A program made the translations under genes and the position numbers. From an uncultured Bacteroidia bacterium (GTDB lineage: Bacteria; Bacteroidota; Bacteroidia; Bacteroidales; UBA932): a DNA stretch of 44,919 bases. This document shows positions 1 through 9,572 of the stretch, piece after piece. The stretch covers positions 1 to 44,919 of the forward strand of contig CADCCI010000041.1 of the NCBI GenBank assembly GCA_902799895.1, read 5' to 3'. Within the stretch, counting starts at the first letter, position 1, and every line of letters starts with the position of its first letter. The notes under the pieces are model-generated. The model was not told the DNA's origin and searched no databases. It saw only the letters and a list, made by a program, of their open reading frames with translations.

Positions 1-1623
1 ATATTCCCCCTGGTAGTAAGGGTTGTTAAACGTACGCAGGCTGCGGGAAAGGGCATAACTTATCCATCCGGTCAGCTTGCCGGTCCGTTTGTGGAGCATG
101 GCATTAAAGCCGAAGGCCCGGCCATCGCCCTGCTGCACATTCTTGGAAAGATCATACACCCCGACCAAGAGGTCCATGATGCTGCCGAAGAACTCCAGCT
201 GGTTGTACAGTTTCTTGTAATACGCCTCTGCGGAAAAGGCAAAGGCCTCCCGTTCCACATTGTAGGTCAGTGAGAAATTCTGCGACCGCTGCGGTGGGCA
301 TAATTCGCCCGCGAGCACCCAGAATTCACAGGGCAGGCCGGTGGACGTATAGCCCAGCTGGAAGAGGTTCTGCCGCTTCAAGGCATAGCGGAGGCTCAGG
401 CTTCCGGACGTTCCCAGGTCGGCGGTGAGCGTTGCCTGCGGCGAGAGTCCCCACCAACTCTGCTGCTCCGGGCCGCGATACCAATTGGCACCCAGGCCGC
501 CGGTCAGCGTCACATAGGGACCGATCGGAAGCGCATACTCGGCCGAAACGAGGGACTCCCAGCCTCGCTGAACCGGAACGGATCCGGTGATGGTCGAGTT
601 GATGAAGTCATCCGCCTGAGGATTCTGCGGCTGGACATAATAAAAGGAATGGTGGGTATCGAAGGTCCATCCACCCCATTCCAGAGAGGCTTTATACCCC
701 ACATCGAGGATATGGGAATCCATGCGTCCCGACACGCCGACCATCTCCACCCAGGGCTTGAGGGAGAAACCGGTAGCATAGACACGCTGACGGAGCGTCG
801 CCTGCGGGAAATAGTGCACCCAGTGAACCGCTCCGAGATAGTTTTGCCACGTGGCCCGGAATTCATCCACCGCGAAGCCGACCATTTCGGCCGCATCGTT
901 GGCATAAAAGGCATCGACCCAGACCTTATCCGTCTTGGAAGGCTTCCACAGCCATGTCAGGTTGGCATCCGTAAAGCCATAGCGCATGGAAAAATAGTCA
1001 TTCTTCATGAACGAGGAATACAGGAGGTTCATGAAAGTACGGCGGGCACTCAGGAAAAGGGATGAGCGCTGCCCGGTCGGCAAAGCCGTACTGCCCTGGG
1101 CAGAAAGCAGTCCCAGGGAGAAGTCTCCGTGCGGACGTTGTACCAGGGAATCCCGCAACAGGAGGTCGATTCCTCCGCCAATGCGCGATTCCGGTCCCGG
1201 CGACGTAGCGTACCGCATTCCCCTGTAATGGGGCGTGTTAAAGACGGAATACATTCCCAGCAGGTGCGACACCCCATACAGCGGCACGCCTCCCTGGGAA
1301 ATGAGCGTATGGGAATGCTCGCTCCCCTGCATATACAGGCCGCCTTCGTTCTCGGCACTCAACTGCACGCTGGGAAGCAGGCGGATAAAGCGGAGCGGAT
1401 CGACATTTCCCATAAAGGAAGGAATCGTCTGGATTTTCCCCATGTTGATTTCCCCGCTGATGCCGACACCTTCCGAGAAGATCGGACGGTCCCGACGCTC
1501 CGTAATGACAGACTGATCCAGGCGATACACCCGCGAAGAGTCTGGCTGCTGGGCAAGTACAGGTCCGGCAACGCAGAATCCAAGGAGGGCTCCCAGGAAC
1601 CTATGAATACATTTGAAGAGCAT
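1..1623 (-). CDS. TonB-dependent outer-membrane receptor (plug + beta-barrel), 3' end runs off the window
   Basis: Not in the ORF track because it has no stop in the window. Manual translation from ATG at 1623 gives MLFKCIHRFLGALLGFCVAGPVLAQQ (signal peptide), then IPSFMGNVDPLRFIRLLPSVQ...GGLYMQG...GVPLYGVSHLLGMYSVFN (plug motif), then amphipathic strands ...GRAFGFNAMLHKRTGKLTGWISYALSRSLR. The frame appears open to base 1. Confidence 0.85.
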   Translation of the reverse strand, partial: MLFKCIHRFLGALLGFCVAGPVLAQQPDSSRVYRLDQSVITERRDRPIFSEGVGISGEINMGKIQTIPSFMGNVDPLRFIRLLPSVQLSAENEGGLYMQGSEHSHTLISQGGVPLYGVSHLLGMYSVFNTPHYRGMRYATSPGPESRIGGGIDLLLRDSLVQRPHGDFSLGLLSAQGSTALPTGQRSSLFLSARRTFMNLLYSSFMKNDYFSMRYGFTDANLTWLWKPSKTDKVWVDAFYANDAAEMVGFAVDEFRATWQNYLGAVHWVHYFPQATLRQRVYATGFSLKPWVEMVGVSGRMDSHILDVGYKASLEWGGWTFDTHHSFYYVQPQNPQADDFINSTITGSVPVQRGWESLVSAEYALPIGPYVTLTGGLGANWYRGPEQQSWWGLSPQATLTADLGTSGSLSLRYALKRQNLFQLGYTSTGLPCEFWVLAGELCPPQRSQNFSLTYNVEREAFAFSAEAYYKKLYNQLEFFGSIMDLLVGVYDLSKNVQQGDGRAFGFNAMLHKRTGKLTGWISYALSRSLRTFNNPYYQGEY

Positions 1624-2122
1624 ACTTGATAATCCAATCCATAAAAGGTGTGATCAGCGCCAGCGTCGTCACGGAGTAGGTAGTTCCGTCCGAAAAACGG
1701 AAAACCGGCACCGGAGTACCATCCAGCGTAACGAAATCCAGTTGCGCCACGGGCTTGTCATCCACATAGACCTGGGACGGGATTCCCCGGATAGACAGGC
1801 CGCCCTGCATCCACAACTCCATAGAGGGAGGGGTTCCGGCCTTCAGGGACAGATCCATCCACTTCTGGACGTCGTCTCGCAGGCAGACGTGCAGGACACC
1901 GTCCTCATCGAACTCCACGACCGTGTTATGAATGATAAAAGAACGGACTTCTTCCTGCGAATGCAGATCCAATGCCTGGATGAAAGCCTCGAAAGCATTC
2001 TGCAGCATGACCTTGTCCGCCTCCTTCTCAGTATACTCGTGAGCGGGCGGCTGCGGATCATCCTTACGATTACATCCCCAGATCGGGACAGCAAGCAGCA
2101 ATAGGAATACGAACTTTCTCAT
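1601..2122 (-). CDS. Hypothetical lipoprotein upstream of the TonB-dependent receptor
   Basis: 173 aa ORF with a basic N-terminus, hydrophobic stretch and lipobox IWGC; overlaps the receptor start by 23 nt. Confidence 0.7.
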   Translation of the reverse strand: MRKFVFLLLLAVPIWGCNRKDDPQPPAHEYTEKEADKVMLQNAFEAFIQALDLHSQEEVRSFIIHNTVVEFDEDGVLHVCLRDDVQKWMDLSLKAGTPPSMELWMQGGLSIRGIPSQVYVDDKPVAQLDFVTLDGTPVPVFRFSDGTTYSVTTLALITPFMDWIIKYALQMYS

Positions 2123-2127
2123 ATCTT

Positions 2128-2166
2128 AAAAAAAAGAAGGCCGACTCGAATTCGGCCGACCTTCTT
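2128..2166 (-). terminator. Rho-independent terminator after rplI
   Basis: The minus strand reads AAGAAGGTCGGC-CGAATTCGA-GTCGGCCTTCTT (12-bp stem with two G:U pairs) followed by a T run, about 18 nt after the rplI stop. Confidence 0.8.
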
Positions 2167-2183
2167 ATGAGTTTAAGCCGAAT

Positions 2184-2624
2184 CTATTCGGCAACGACTT
2201 CAAAGGCTAACGTAGCTTTGACGGCTTTGTAAACTTTAACAACAGCCTCATAGGCACCCAGTTCCTTCACCTCGGGAACGGTGATGTCCTTCTTGTCCAC
2301 CTCCAGACCGGCGGCCACGAGGGCGTCTACCAGCTGGGCGGCGGTCACGCTGCCGTAAATCTTACCGGCCTCGCTCACCTTCACAGCCACCTTCACGGGC
2401 TGGGCGGCGATCTTCGCGGCCAGGGCTTCGGCATCAGCGACTTTCTTAGCCTCTTTGTGAGCACGCTGACGAAGGGTCTCTTCGTGCTGCTTGAGGTTGG
2501 AGGGGGTAGCTACGATAGCATAACCCTGGGGAACGAGGTAGTTGATGGCGTAGCCATTCTTCACCTCGACAATCTCGTCGACTTCGCCGAGATTGGCAAC
2601 TGCTTTCTTCAGAATGATTTTCAT
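2184..2624 (-). CDS. rplI: 50S ribosomal protein bL9
   Basis: MKIILKKAVANLG...VEVKNGYAINYLVPQG and GKIYGSVT motifs; lies after rpsF-rpsR. Confidence 0.97.
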   Translation of the reverse strand: MKIILKKAVANLGEVDEIVEVKNGYAINYLVPQGYAIVATPSNLKQHEETLRQRAHKEAKKVADAEALAAKIAAQPVKVAVKVSEAGKIYGSVTAAQLVDALVAAGLEVDKKDITVPEVKELGAYEAVVKVYKAVKATLAFEVVAE

Positions 2625-2639
2625 AACTGCGCTCTCCTA

Positions 2640-2918
2640 TTACTTAAGAAGGTCGGTAACATACGGAAGAAGGGCGAGGGAGCGGGCACGCTTCACGGCC
2701 TGGGCCACTTTGCGCTGGAACTTCAGGGAAGTGCCGGTGATGCGGCGCGGCAGGATCTTGCCCTGCTCGTTCAGGAACTTCTTCAGGAACTCGGGATCCT
2801 TGTAATCCACATATTTGATACCTGCCTTTTTGAAACGGCAGTATTTCTTCTTTCTAACCTCGACTGTCGGAGGGTTCAGGTAACGGATTTCTCTGTTCTG
2901 TTCGTTGGTCTGTGCCAT
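2640..2918 (-). CDS. rpsR: 30S ribosomal protein bS18
   Basis: KKKYCRF...YVDYKD...[29 protein letters not shown]...LLPY. Confidence 0.98.
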   Translation of the reverse strand: MAQTNEQNREIRYLNPPTVEVRKKKYCRFKKAGIKYVDYKDPEFLKKFLNEQGKILPRRITGTSLKFQRKVAQAVKRARSLALLPYVTDLLK

Positions 2919-2934
2919 AATTCAATCCTCCAGA

Positions 2935-3339
2935 TTATTCAGCTTCCGCCGGTTTAACTTCTTCTTCGGCAGCGGGCTGCTCCTCAACGGCGGGAGCGGC
3001 GGCCTTGGCCTGCTTGTTGTTCCTTCTGCGCTCGGCATAAGCCTCTGCGTGCTTGTCCAGGGCAACGGTGAGGAAACGGATGATCCGCTCGTCACGGTGA
3101 TACTGGGTCTCGAGCTGGGCGACGAACGTCGGGTCAGCCTTGAACTGGATGAGATAATAGAACCCGGAGGTCTTGTGCTGGATGGGATAAGCCATCGGCT
3201 TCAGGCCCCAGTCCTCTTCGTACACGACTTCTCCACCATTTTCTTTGATGAAGCCCGTGTACTTGGCAACCGCTTCCTTCATCTGAACATCAGACAAAAC
3301 GGGAGTAGCAATGAAAACGGTTTCGTACTGTTTTACCAT
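2935..3339 (-). CDS. rpsF: 30S ribosomal protein bS6
   Basis: [12 protein letters not shown]...[15 protein letters not shown]...GFYYL...RDERIIRFL. Confidence 0.97.
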   Translation of the reverse strand: MVKQYETVFIATPVLSDVQMKEAVAKYTGFIKENGGEVVYEEDWGLKPMAYPIQHKTSGFYYLIQFKADPTFVAQLETQYHRDERIIRFLTVALDKHAEAYAERRRNNKQAKAAAPAVEEQPAAEEEVKPAEAE

Positions 3340-3409
3340 TTTGGGCTTAATTAATTGTTAATAAATAATTTACAGGCTAATCGCGCGGACGCGCCGCACA
3401 AAAAGCCTG

Positions 3410-3440
3410 CAAATATACGGATTATTTCCGAAAAACCAAA
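3410..3440 (-). promoter_or_regulatory. Bacteroidota housekeeping promoter of the rpsF operon
   Basis: The minus strand reads TTTG (3440-3437), 19 nt, then TATATTTG (3417-3410), matching the established TTTG-N19-21-TAnnTTTG consensus. Confidence 0.8.
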
Positions 3441-3443
3441 GAA

Positions 3444-4898
3444 TTATTTCTCCGGAACGGCTTCAAGCACCGCCTTCAAGTATTCCCAGGTACGCGCCAC
3501 GGAAGGAATGTCCAGGCGCTCGTCCGGGGAATGGGGATAGCGGATGGTCGGGCCCACGGAAACCATCTCCCAGTTGGGATATTTGGCACCCATGATGGCG
3601 CACTCCAGACCGCCGTGCGTAGCCATGATCTTCATCTCGTGGCCATAAACCTTCTTGAACTGTTCCATCATCACCTTGTTCATAGGCGTATCCAGTTTCG
3701 GCGTCCAGCCGGAATAGCCGCCCTTGAAGGTGATGGCGGCGCCGGCCGCCTCGAAGATGCAGCGGACACGGTCGGCAAGGGCCGCCTTGGCCGTATCAAC
3801 CGCGCTGCGCATCAACGAATGGACGGTGATGTGTCCCTTCTCGGTGCGGACGATGGCCATGTTGATGGAGGTCTCGGTCAGGCCTTCCATCGTGCGGCTC
3901 ATCCGGATGACACCCGAAGGGCAGGCCAACAGGGCTTTCACCACAGCGAGGGCCACCTTTTCGCCGATGTAGCGCGGGGCAGCCGCCTTGCGGGCAAAGC
4001 TCATCTCGGCAGACGGATCGCTCTCGGCGAACTCGGCCTTGATCTGGCCGAAGACCTCGTCTACCCCCTTCTTCACCGCGCGGGTCGCGGCTTCGGGAAC
4101 CAGGATTTCGGCGCAGGCCTCGAACGGAATGGCATTGCGCAGCGAGCCGCCGTTGAACGACACCAGCTTCACCCCGTTCTTCTCCATCAGGGGCAGGAGG
4201 ATGCGGGCGACGACCTTGTTGGCGTTGGCGCGGTAGAGCGAGATATCCATACCGGAATGGCCGCCCTGCAGGCCCTTGACCGTGATCGTATAGCCTACAT
4301 AGCCCTCCGGAGCGGCAACCGTACGGTAACGGAAGTCGGCCTCGGCATCCAGACCGCCGGCGCAACCCACGCAGAGTTCGCCTTCTTCCTCGGAATCGAG
4401 GTTGATGAGGATATCGCCTTTGAGCACCCCCGGCTTCAAGCCGTTGGCACCGGTCATGCCGGTCTCTTCGTCACGGGTAACCAGGACCTCGACAGGGCCG
4501 TGCTTGACCGCCTTGTCTTCCAGGACGGACAGGGCCAGGGCCACACCAATGCCGTTGTCGGCGCCCAGGGTGGTCCGGTCGGCCGTCAGCCAGTCCCCTT
4601 CCACGAGGGTGGTGATGGGGTCTGTGAGGAAGTTGTGCTTGCTGTCGCCCGTCTTCTGCGGGACCATATCCATATGGCCCTGCAGGATAACGCCGCGGCG
4701 TTTCTCCATGCCGGGCGTAGCGGCTGCCGTCATGATTACGTTGCCAGCCTCGTCCTTCACAGCCTTGATGCCGTGCTTTTTGCCCCACTCGAGCAGGTAT
4801 TCGATGACCTTTTCCTCGTGCTTCGAAGGCCTCGGAACCTGGGTCAGTCCATAGAAGTTATCCCAAACTACCTTGGGTTTTAAATCTTTGATAGTCAT
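3444..4898 (-). CDS. pepD: Aminoacyl-histidine dipeptidase (peptidase M20C)
   Basis: LQGHMDMV, TTLGADNGIG, DEETGM, NLDSEE, GGHSG, HGGLEC and HSPDE motifs; 484 aa. Confidence 0.93.
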   Translation of the reverse strand: MTIKDLKPKVVWDNFYGLTQVPRPSKHEEKVIEYLLEWGKKHGIKAVKDEAGNVIMTAAATPGMEKRRGVILQGHMDMVPQKTGDSKHNFLTDPITTLVEGDWLTADRTTLGADNGIGVALALSVLEDKAVKHGPVEVLVTRDEETGMTGANGLKPGVLKGDILINLDSEEEGELCVGCAGGLDAEADFRYRTVAAPEGYVGYTITVKGLQGGHSGMDISLYRANANKVVARILLPLMEKNGVKLVSFNGGSLRNAIPFEACAEILVPEAATRAVKKGVDEVFGQIKAEFAESDPSAEMSFARKAAAPRYIGEKVALAVVKALLACPSGVIRMSRTMEGLTETSINMAIVRTEKGHITVHSLMRSAVDTAKAALADRVRCIFEAAGAAITFKGGYSGWTPKLDTPMNKVMMEQFKKVYGHEMKIMATHGGLECAIMGAKYPNWEMVSVGPTIRYPHSPDERLDIPSVARTWEYLKAVLEAVPEK

Positions 4899-4910
4899 AG
4901 TATTTGAAAA

Positions 4911-5903
4911 TTATTTTACGCCAATGGGAAAGGCTTCTTCAAAGCCAAGCTGATACACCGGAACACGGTCCTGGAGGAGAAGGTTCACCCCGTCGGAGAG
5001 TTTCACGGTGCAGACGGCCGGCACCCGGTACCAGGCCACCACGCCTTTCGGGGCCATCCGGGACGCGTCGGAATCCGACACCTGCTGGGGAACCAGCTCC
5101 AGCAGATAGGGCTTTCCGGCCACGTTGTCCGCACTCACCAGGCCTTCCTGGTCGGAAACGCGGAACGCCACATACACCTGGCTCTTCGCATTCTTAGAAG
5201 GAACCACGTCAAATTTCATTTTCTGCACCTGGATATCGCTGTATCCGATAAAGAGGCTCAGGTACTCCTTCTCCATCCGGGAGATCTCCTGGATGGCGGC
5301 AGCCATCGCTTCCCCGCTGAAAGTTGCATCCGTATCGCCGGTCACAATCTCCACCCGCTTCTTGCGCAGCGAGAAAATCATATCGGCCGCCTCGCGGGCA
5401 CGCTGCTCTATGGATTTGGTGACGACCATATCCTGCTGCACCGCCACCGCATTGTTGTGCACGCTGCGGTACAGGGTGGTCTGCTCCGATGTCAGGTTGG
5501 AGCTTACGCCCTTGTCGGCAAAATCAGCGTCGGACGGCGAGGGGAAACGCCACTGGGAACTGCGGCCGGACTGGCCGTCCCCTATCGCCACCAGGCCCTG
5601 CGCAGAAAGGCTCAGGAAGGTTTCCTTCCCAGCTCCGGGGCTCACGGTAAGGCGGCGCGAAGGATCGGCTTCCACCAGCGGGGTCATCCGGATTTCCGTA
5701 ATCCGGCAGGAGCCTCCATTGGTGGTCCGGGCATCCACGCCCAGGTATTTCATGGCATATTTGGCATAGGGGCCGGCGTGGAACTGCTCGTTCTCGGCCG
5801 TCACTTCCAAGGTAATCACCGTCTGCGGAAGGGCATAGGTGTAGGTCTGGGCCCGGGCGCCAAGCGGCAGCAAAAGGGCCAGGGCAAACATCAACTTTTT
5901 CAT
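4911..5903 (-). CDS. DUF4831-like secreted protein
   Basis: Signal peptide MKKLMFALALLLPLGARA; YALPQT, GPYAKYAMKYLG and EKEYLSLFIG motifs typical of this Bacteroidota family. Start moved to the second ATG. Confidence 0.7.
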   Translation of the reverse strand: MKKLMFALALLLPLGARAQTYTYALPQTVITLEVTAENEQFHAGPYAKYAMKYLGVDARTTNGGSCRITEIRMTPLVEADPSRRLTVSPGAGKETFLSLSAQGLVAIGDGQSGRSSQWRFPSPSDADFADKGVSSNLTSEQTTLYRSVHNNAVAVQQDMVVTKSIEQRAREAADMIFSLRKKRVEIVTGDTDATFSGEAMAAAIQEISRMEKEYLSLFIGYSDIQVQKMKFDVVPSKNAKSQVYVAFRVSDQEGLVSADNVAGKPYLLELVPQQVSDSDASRMAPKGVVAWYRVPAVCTVKLSDGVNLLLQDRVPVYQLGFEEAFPIGVK

Positions 5904-6808
5904 TATTTCCATCTTTTATGTGTCCAAAGATAATTCGCGGGATCCCGGCGGATATCCGCTTCCAGCAAGTCGTAATAGGAACGCATCACTGCCTCGGGCG
6001 TCGTAGCGGACGCATCGCGCGTGATGAGGGTGTAGGTCATCTGATAGCGGCCGCGCGCCTCCCGGTTCATACCCAGGTAGACCACGCTGAAGCCCAGCCG
6101 ACACGCCAGGGCGGCGGCCCCGGTCATGGTCTTGGTGGGCTGGTTCATGAAGTTGCCGATATGGGCAAAGGCCGCATACCCGTAGGGATACTGATCCGTC
6201 GGGAAGAGATAGATTTGGTGCTCGCCGCGGTGCGCGAGGGCATAGCGCAGGATATCCTTCGATTCCACGCAGCAGTTGGCCCGGTCCTGAATGGCGGCGC
6301 AGCGGTTCTGTGCCATGATTTCGTCCCAGAAATCACTCTCGACCCGTTTGTAGACCACCGAATAGGTATGCTCGTCAAAGGCCATCTTCGCCCCGTCGTA
6401 GAAATAGTGCTCGATTCCGCCCGACAACTCCCAGTTGCCGCAATGCGAGGTGAGCATCACCACGCCGGGCGTGTGCAGGAAGACCTCGTTGATGAGTTCC
6501 GGATTGGTGACCCGGACAATCTCCTGCCGGTGAAGGCGCTCATGGTCGGCCGCGCCGGCAAACCAGATTGTCTCCGTAACCACATCGCAGAAATGCAGGT
6601 AGAAGTCCTTTTCCAGCTGCTTGAGTTCGCCATATTTCAACTCGGGGAACGCCCGGGCAAGGTTCACCATCACCACCTGCCTGCGGTAATGCAGGACATG
6701 CAGCAGGAGCCAACGGAAAAATTGGGCCCATTTCTGGTGGATCCGCAGCGGCTGCAAAGCCAGCAGGCGCATCAAGCCCACGACGATTTTAATTCCCAAT
6801 CGTTTCAT
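5903..6808 (-). CDS. Lysophospholipid / lipid A late acyltransferase (LpxL/HtrB family)
   Basis: YRRQVVMVNLARAFPE, H(x)4E motif HCGNWE, DQYP and C-terminal YLWTHKRWK. Start set at ATG 6808, directly after a promoter element. Confidence 0.88.
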   Translation of the reverse strand: MKRLGIKIVVGLMRLLALQPLRIHQKWAQFFRWLLLHVLHYRRQVVMVNLARAFPELKYGELKQLEKDFYLHFCDVVTETIWFAGAADHERLHRQEIVRVTNPELINEVFLHTPGVVMLTSHCGNWELSGGIEHYFYDGAKMAFDEHTYSVVYKRVESDFWDEIMAQNRCAAIQDRANCCVESKDILRYALAHRGEHQIYLFPTDQYPYGYAAFAHIGNFMNQPTKTMTGAAALACRLGFSVVYLGMNREARGRYQMTYTLITRDASATTPEAVMRSYYDLLEADIRRDPANYLWTHKRWK

Positions 6809-6813
6809 GTGGA

Positions 6814-6844
6814 CAAAGATACATTTTTTCGCGAAAAATCGCAA
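6814..6844 (-). promoter_or_regulatory. Housekeeping promoter giving a near-leaderless acyltransferase mRNA
   Basis: TATCTTTG (6821-6814) lies 5 nt before the ATG; a TTG lies 20 nt further upstream. Confidence 0.65.
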
Positions 6845-6850
6845 GCTTCC

Positions 6851-7717
6851 CTATTGGGAACCCAGATACAGGAAAATCATACTCACCAGCAGCAGCGCCA
6901 GGTCTACCGCTTTTGATTTCAGGTTCTTCTCCTTGAGGATCCAGGCGCCGATGCCGAAACTCACCAGCACGCTCCCCCGCCGGATCATGGACACCACCGC
7001 AATCAGGGCGTCGGGATGCGAGAGGGCCTGCATATACAGGAAATCGGCCGCGCACAGGAACAGGCTGATGAACGGGATGGACCACCGCCACTGGAACGGC
7101 GTGGTGCTGCGACGCGTGGGCATCCAGCCGACCAGCATCACCACCGCCATCATGAGCGACTGGTAGAAGGAATACCAGCTGAGCACCTGCATCCGGTCCA
7201 GTCCCAGGTATTCGGGCGACATAAGGTATTTGTCGTACAGGCCGCTCGCCGCTCCCAGAAGCACCGAAAGAATCAGGTAGAGGATCCATTTGTTTCCGGT
7301 CCGATACCCTTCTTTTTCACTGCTGTGCCGCATCAGGAAATACGCGACGATGGCCAGCGCCACACCCGTCCACTGCAGGCCGTTCAGCTTCTCGCCGAAC
7401 AGGAAAATCGCACCCACCAGCACCAAGACGGGCCGCGTGGCGTTAACGGGTCCCACGATGGTCAGGGGCAGGTGTTTCATAGCCAGGTAACCCGCCATCC
7501 AGGACGATAGGACCAGGGCGCTTTTCGCGACGATGTATTGCTGCACGGCCCAGCTGCCGAAACCCGTCAGGAAGAGTCCGGGCGAGAAAATCAGGGCGCA
7601 CAGCACCGTATTCAGGAAAAGCACCGGAATGACGGCATTGTCCCTCAGGGAAAACTTCTTGAAGGAATCATAACCGCCCAGGAATGCGGCCGATGCAAAT
7701 GCCAGCAGCCACCACAT
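6851..7717 (-). CDS. EamA/DMT family transporter
   Basis: 288 aa with about 10 hydrophobic segments in two repeats; AMKHLPLTIVGPV and LFGEKLN motifs. Confidence 0.88.
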   Translation of the reverse strand: MWWLLAFASAAFLGGYDSFKKFSLRDNAVIPVLFLNTVLCALIFSPGLFLTGFGSWAVQQYIVAKSALVLSSWMAGYLAMKHLPLTIVGPVNATRPVLVLVGAIFLFGEKLNGLQWTGVALAIVAYFLMRHSSEKEGYRTGNKWILYLILSVLLGAASGLYDKYLMSPEYLGLDRMQVLSWYSFYQSLMMAVVMLVGWMPTRRSTTPFQWRWSIPFISLFLCAADFLYMQALSHPDALIAVVSMIRRGSVLVSFGIGAWILKEKNLKSKAVDLALLLVSMIFLYLGSQ

Positions 7718-7721
7718 AGGA

Positions 7722-9572
7722 TCAATCTTTGACCAGTACGATGGAAGAACCGTATGAGCGGTTCACTACTTTGGCAAAAGCCCGATACGACTCGTACCGT
7801 TCTTTCGGGAATGCTCCCTTATGAATCGCAAAGGTCTGCACCAGGACCACGGTCCCGTCTTCTTCCACCCGCACACGGGACGTAAAAGTATCCCAGTCGC
7901 AGGCTTCCTCCATATCTTTCGGCAGACTTTCTATCCGGTATCCTTCAGGCAGGCGGAATACCACGGTATCCGTGATGGTGGAGCTTCTTCCCACGCGGAT
8001 ATCGTTCACCCGTTCCTGGCGCTGCACGTTAAGGGATTTCGCCACCGGGTTGGCCGGAATAAAGATCCGGTTTCCGTTCACTTTGGCAAAATTGAACACA
8101 TCGGCCGTAAAGGTAATATCTATCTGCGGGCAGAAATCCCGGCCGCGATAGGCATTTTGGTCCAGGTTATCCTTGATGGACTGTACCCGCAGGTTCTCGG
8201 CGTGCAGGTTCCAGCCGCCGGTAAGGATACGCGCCTGGTCTTCCGGCTTCTCGGACGAGAATTCCAGATACGCTTCCGTACGGTCCAGTTTCAGCGATTT
8301 GACGGCTTTCAGCGATGCGGTGCCATCGGCACGGACCGTAATCTCGGCACGGACCGAACTGCATCGCAACGAATCCGGATAGGAAGGCACGCGGACCCGT
8401 TCGCCTCCATCCTGCTTGACCAGCAGCACCTCGTGGCCGGCCACGTCATCGTGCCGATACCCGAGCGGGATGACAGGATTGGTACACTCCACCCAGAGGG
8501 TATCCCGATGTTCTTTCAACGGAACCGCCAGCATGACGTGATCCATCTGTCCGATGGATACATAGCCCGGGAACAGGGTCGCGTGCGAGGTGCTCACGGC
8601 AAAGTAATCCGATTCCACCCCCACGGCCGCCAAAGCGGCTTTCATAAAATTGGAGAGGGCCTTGCAGTCGCCGAAGCCGCTTTTATACACGGTCGATGCC
8701 GGGAAGGGCTTCAGTCCGCCAATACCCAGCTGGATGCTTACGTAGCGCGTATAATCCCGCAGATAGCGGTACAGCACGGCCACCTTCTCCTCGGTAGTCT
8801 TACAATCCTTCGTCATCTCCCGGAACTTTGCCGCCGCATCGTCCGGCAGGTCCTGCGCCCCGTCCTGGAGTCCGTACAGCCACAAGCCGATATCCTTCCA
8901 GGTACGCTGGGAGCCGGTTGTCCCGCCATAACTGAAATCCACGGGCGAAGAGAATACATAGGGCACGATGGTTAAGATTGAAGGCATCAAATGCTCTTCG
9001 CGGAAACCATCCGGCATCGCGAATTTCCACTGATACCGGTCTTGCTTGCCTTTTTCTACCGTTGGTTCTTCCGAAGCAAAATACTGAATGGCAAATCCGG
9101 ACGGAACGATCAGGGTGTACGAAGAGCCCACCAGCGATACGTTCTCCCGGTCCAGCGGCATGAACGTAGGGAAAGAGGCAATCCCTTTCTTGCAGGAAAC
9201 CGTATAGTCATATTCCACCGTAAACGGATAGGGCGAGGAAGGCTGATACAGGCAGATGGCCGCATCGTCGGCCAGGCCGTCTGTCAGGGAGTGGTTGATC
9301 AAGTCGTCTTTCTTGATTTTCCGGCTCTTACCCTGATAGGTTATGGTCCCGCTGAAAGAAGCTACCGAATGGAAGGCGTCCGTGAATTCCCAGAAGGCAG
9401 CAGTCGGAAGGCCTTTTTCATTATGTACCAGTACTTTCCGATGCACGGAATACTGTCCGTTCGTAGGAGAGGACAGTTCGTATACCAGTTCTTCGGCCAT
9501 AATGGTCGCATGCTGGGCACCGGCTTGCAGGACGGGAAGCAGCAAGGCCGCCAACAGGGTCAGGCGTTTCAT
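7722..9572 (-). CDS. DUF3857 + transglutaminase-like domain protein (catalytic Cys intact)
   Basis: Signal peptide; RYVSIQLGIGGLKPFPA, GFGDCKALS and DHVML motifs. Confidence 0.85.
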   Translation of the reverse strand: MKRLTLLAALLLPVLQAGAQHATIMAEELVYELSSPTNGQYSVHRKVLVHNEKGLPTAAFWEFTDAFHSVASFSGTITYQGKSRKIKKDDLINHSLTDGLADDAAICLYQPSSPYPFTVEYDYTVSCKKGIASFPTFMPLDRENVSLVGSSYTLIVPSGFAIQYFASEEPTVEKGKQDRYQWKFAMPDGFREEHLMPSILTIVPYVFSSPVDFSYGGTTGSQRTWKDIGLWLYGLQDGAQDLPDDAAAKFREMTKDCKTTEEKVAVLYRYLRDYTRYVSIQLGIGGLKPFPASTVYKSGFGDCKALSNFMKAALAAVGVESDYFAVSTSHATLFPGYVSIGQMDHVMLAVPLKEHRDTLWVECTNPVIPLGYRHDDVAGHEVLLVKQDGGERVRVPSYPDSLRCSSVRAEITVRADGTASLKAVKSLKLDRTEAYLEFSSEKPEDQARILTGGWNLHAENLRVQSIKDNLDQNAYRGRDFCPQIDITFTADVFNFAKVNGNRIFIPANPVAKSLNVQRQERVNDIRVGRSSTITDTVVFRLPEGYRIESLPKDMEEACDWDTFTSRVRVEEDGTVVLVQTFAIHKGAFPKERYESYRAFAKVVNRSYGSSIVLVKD

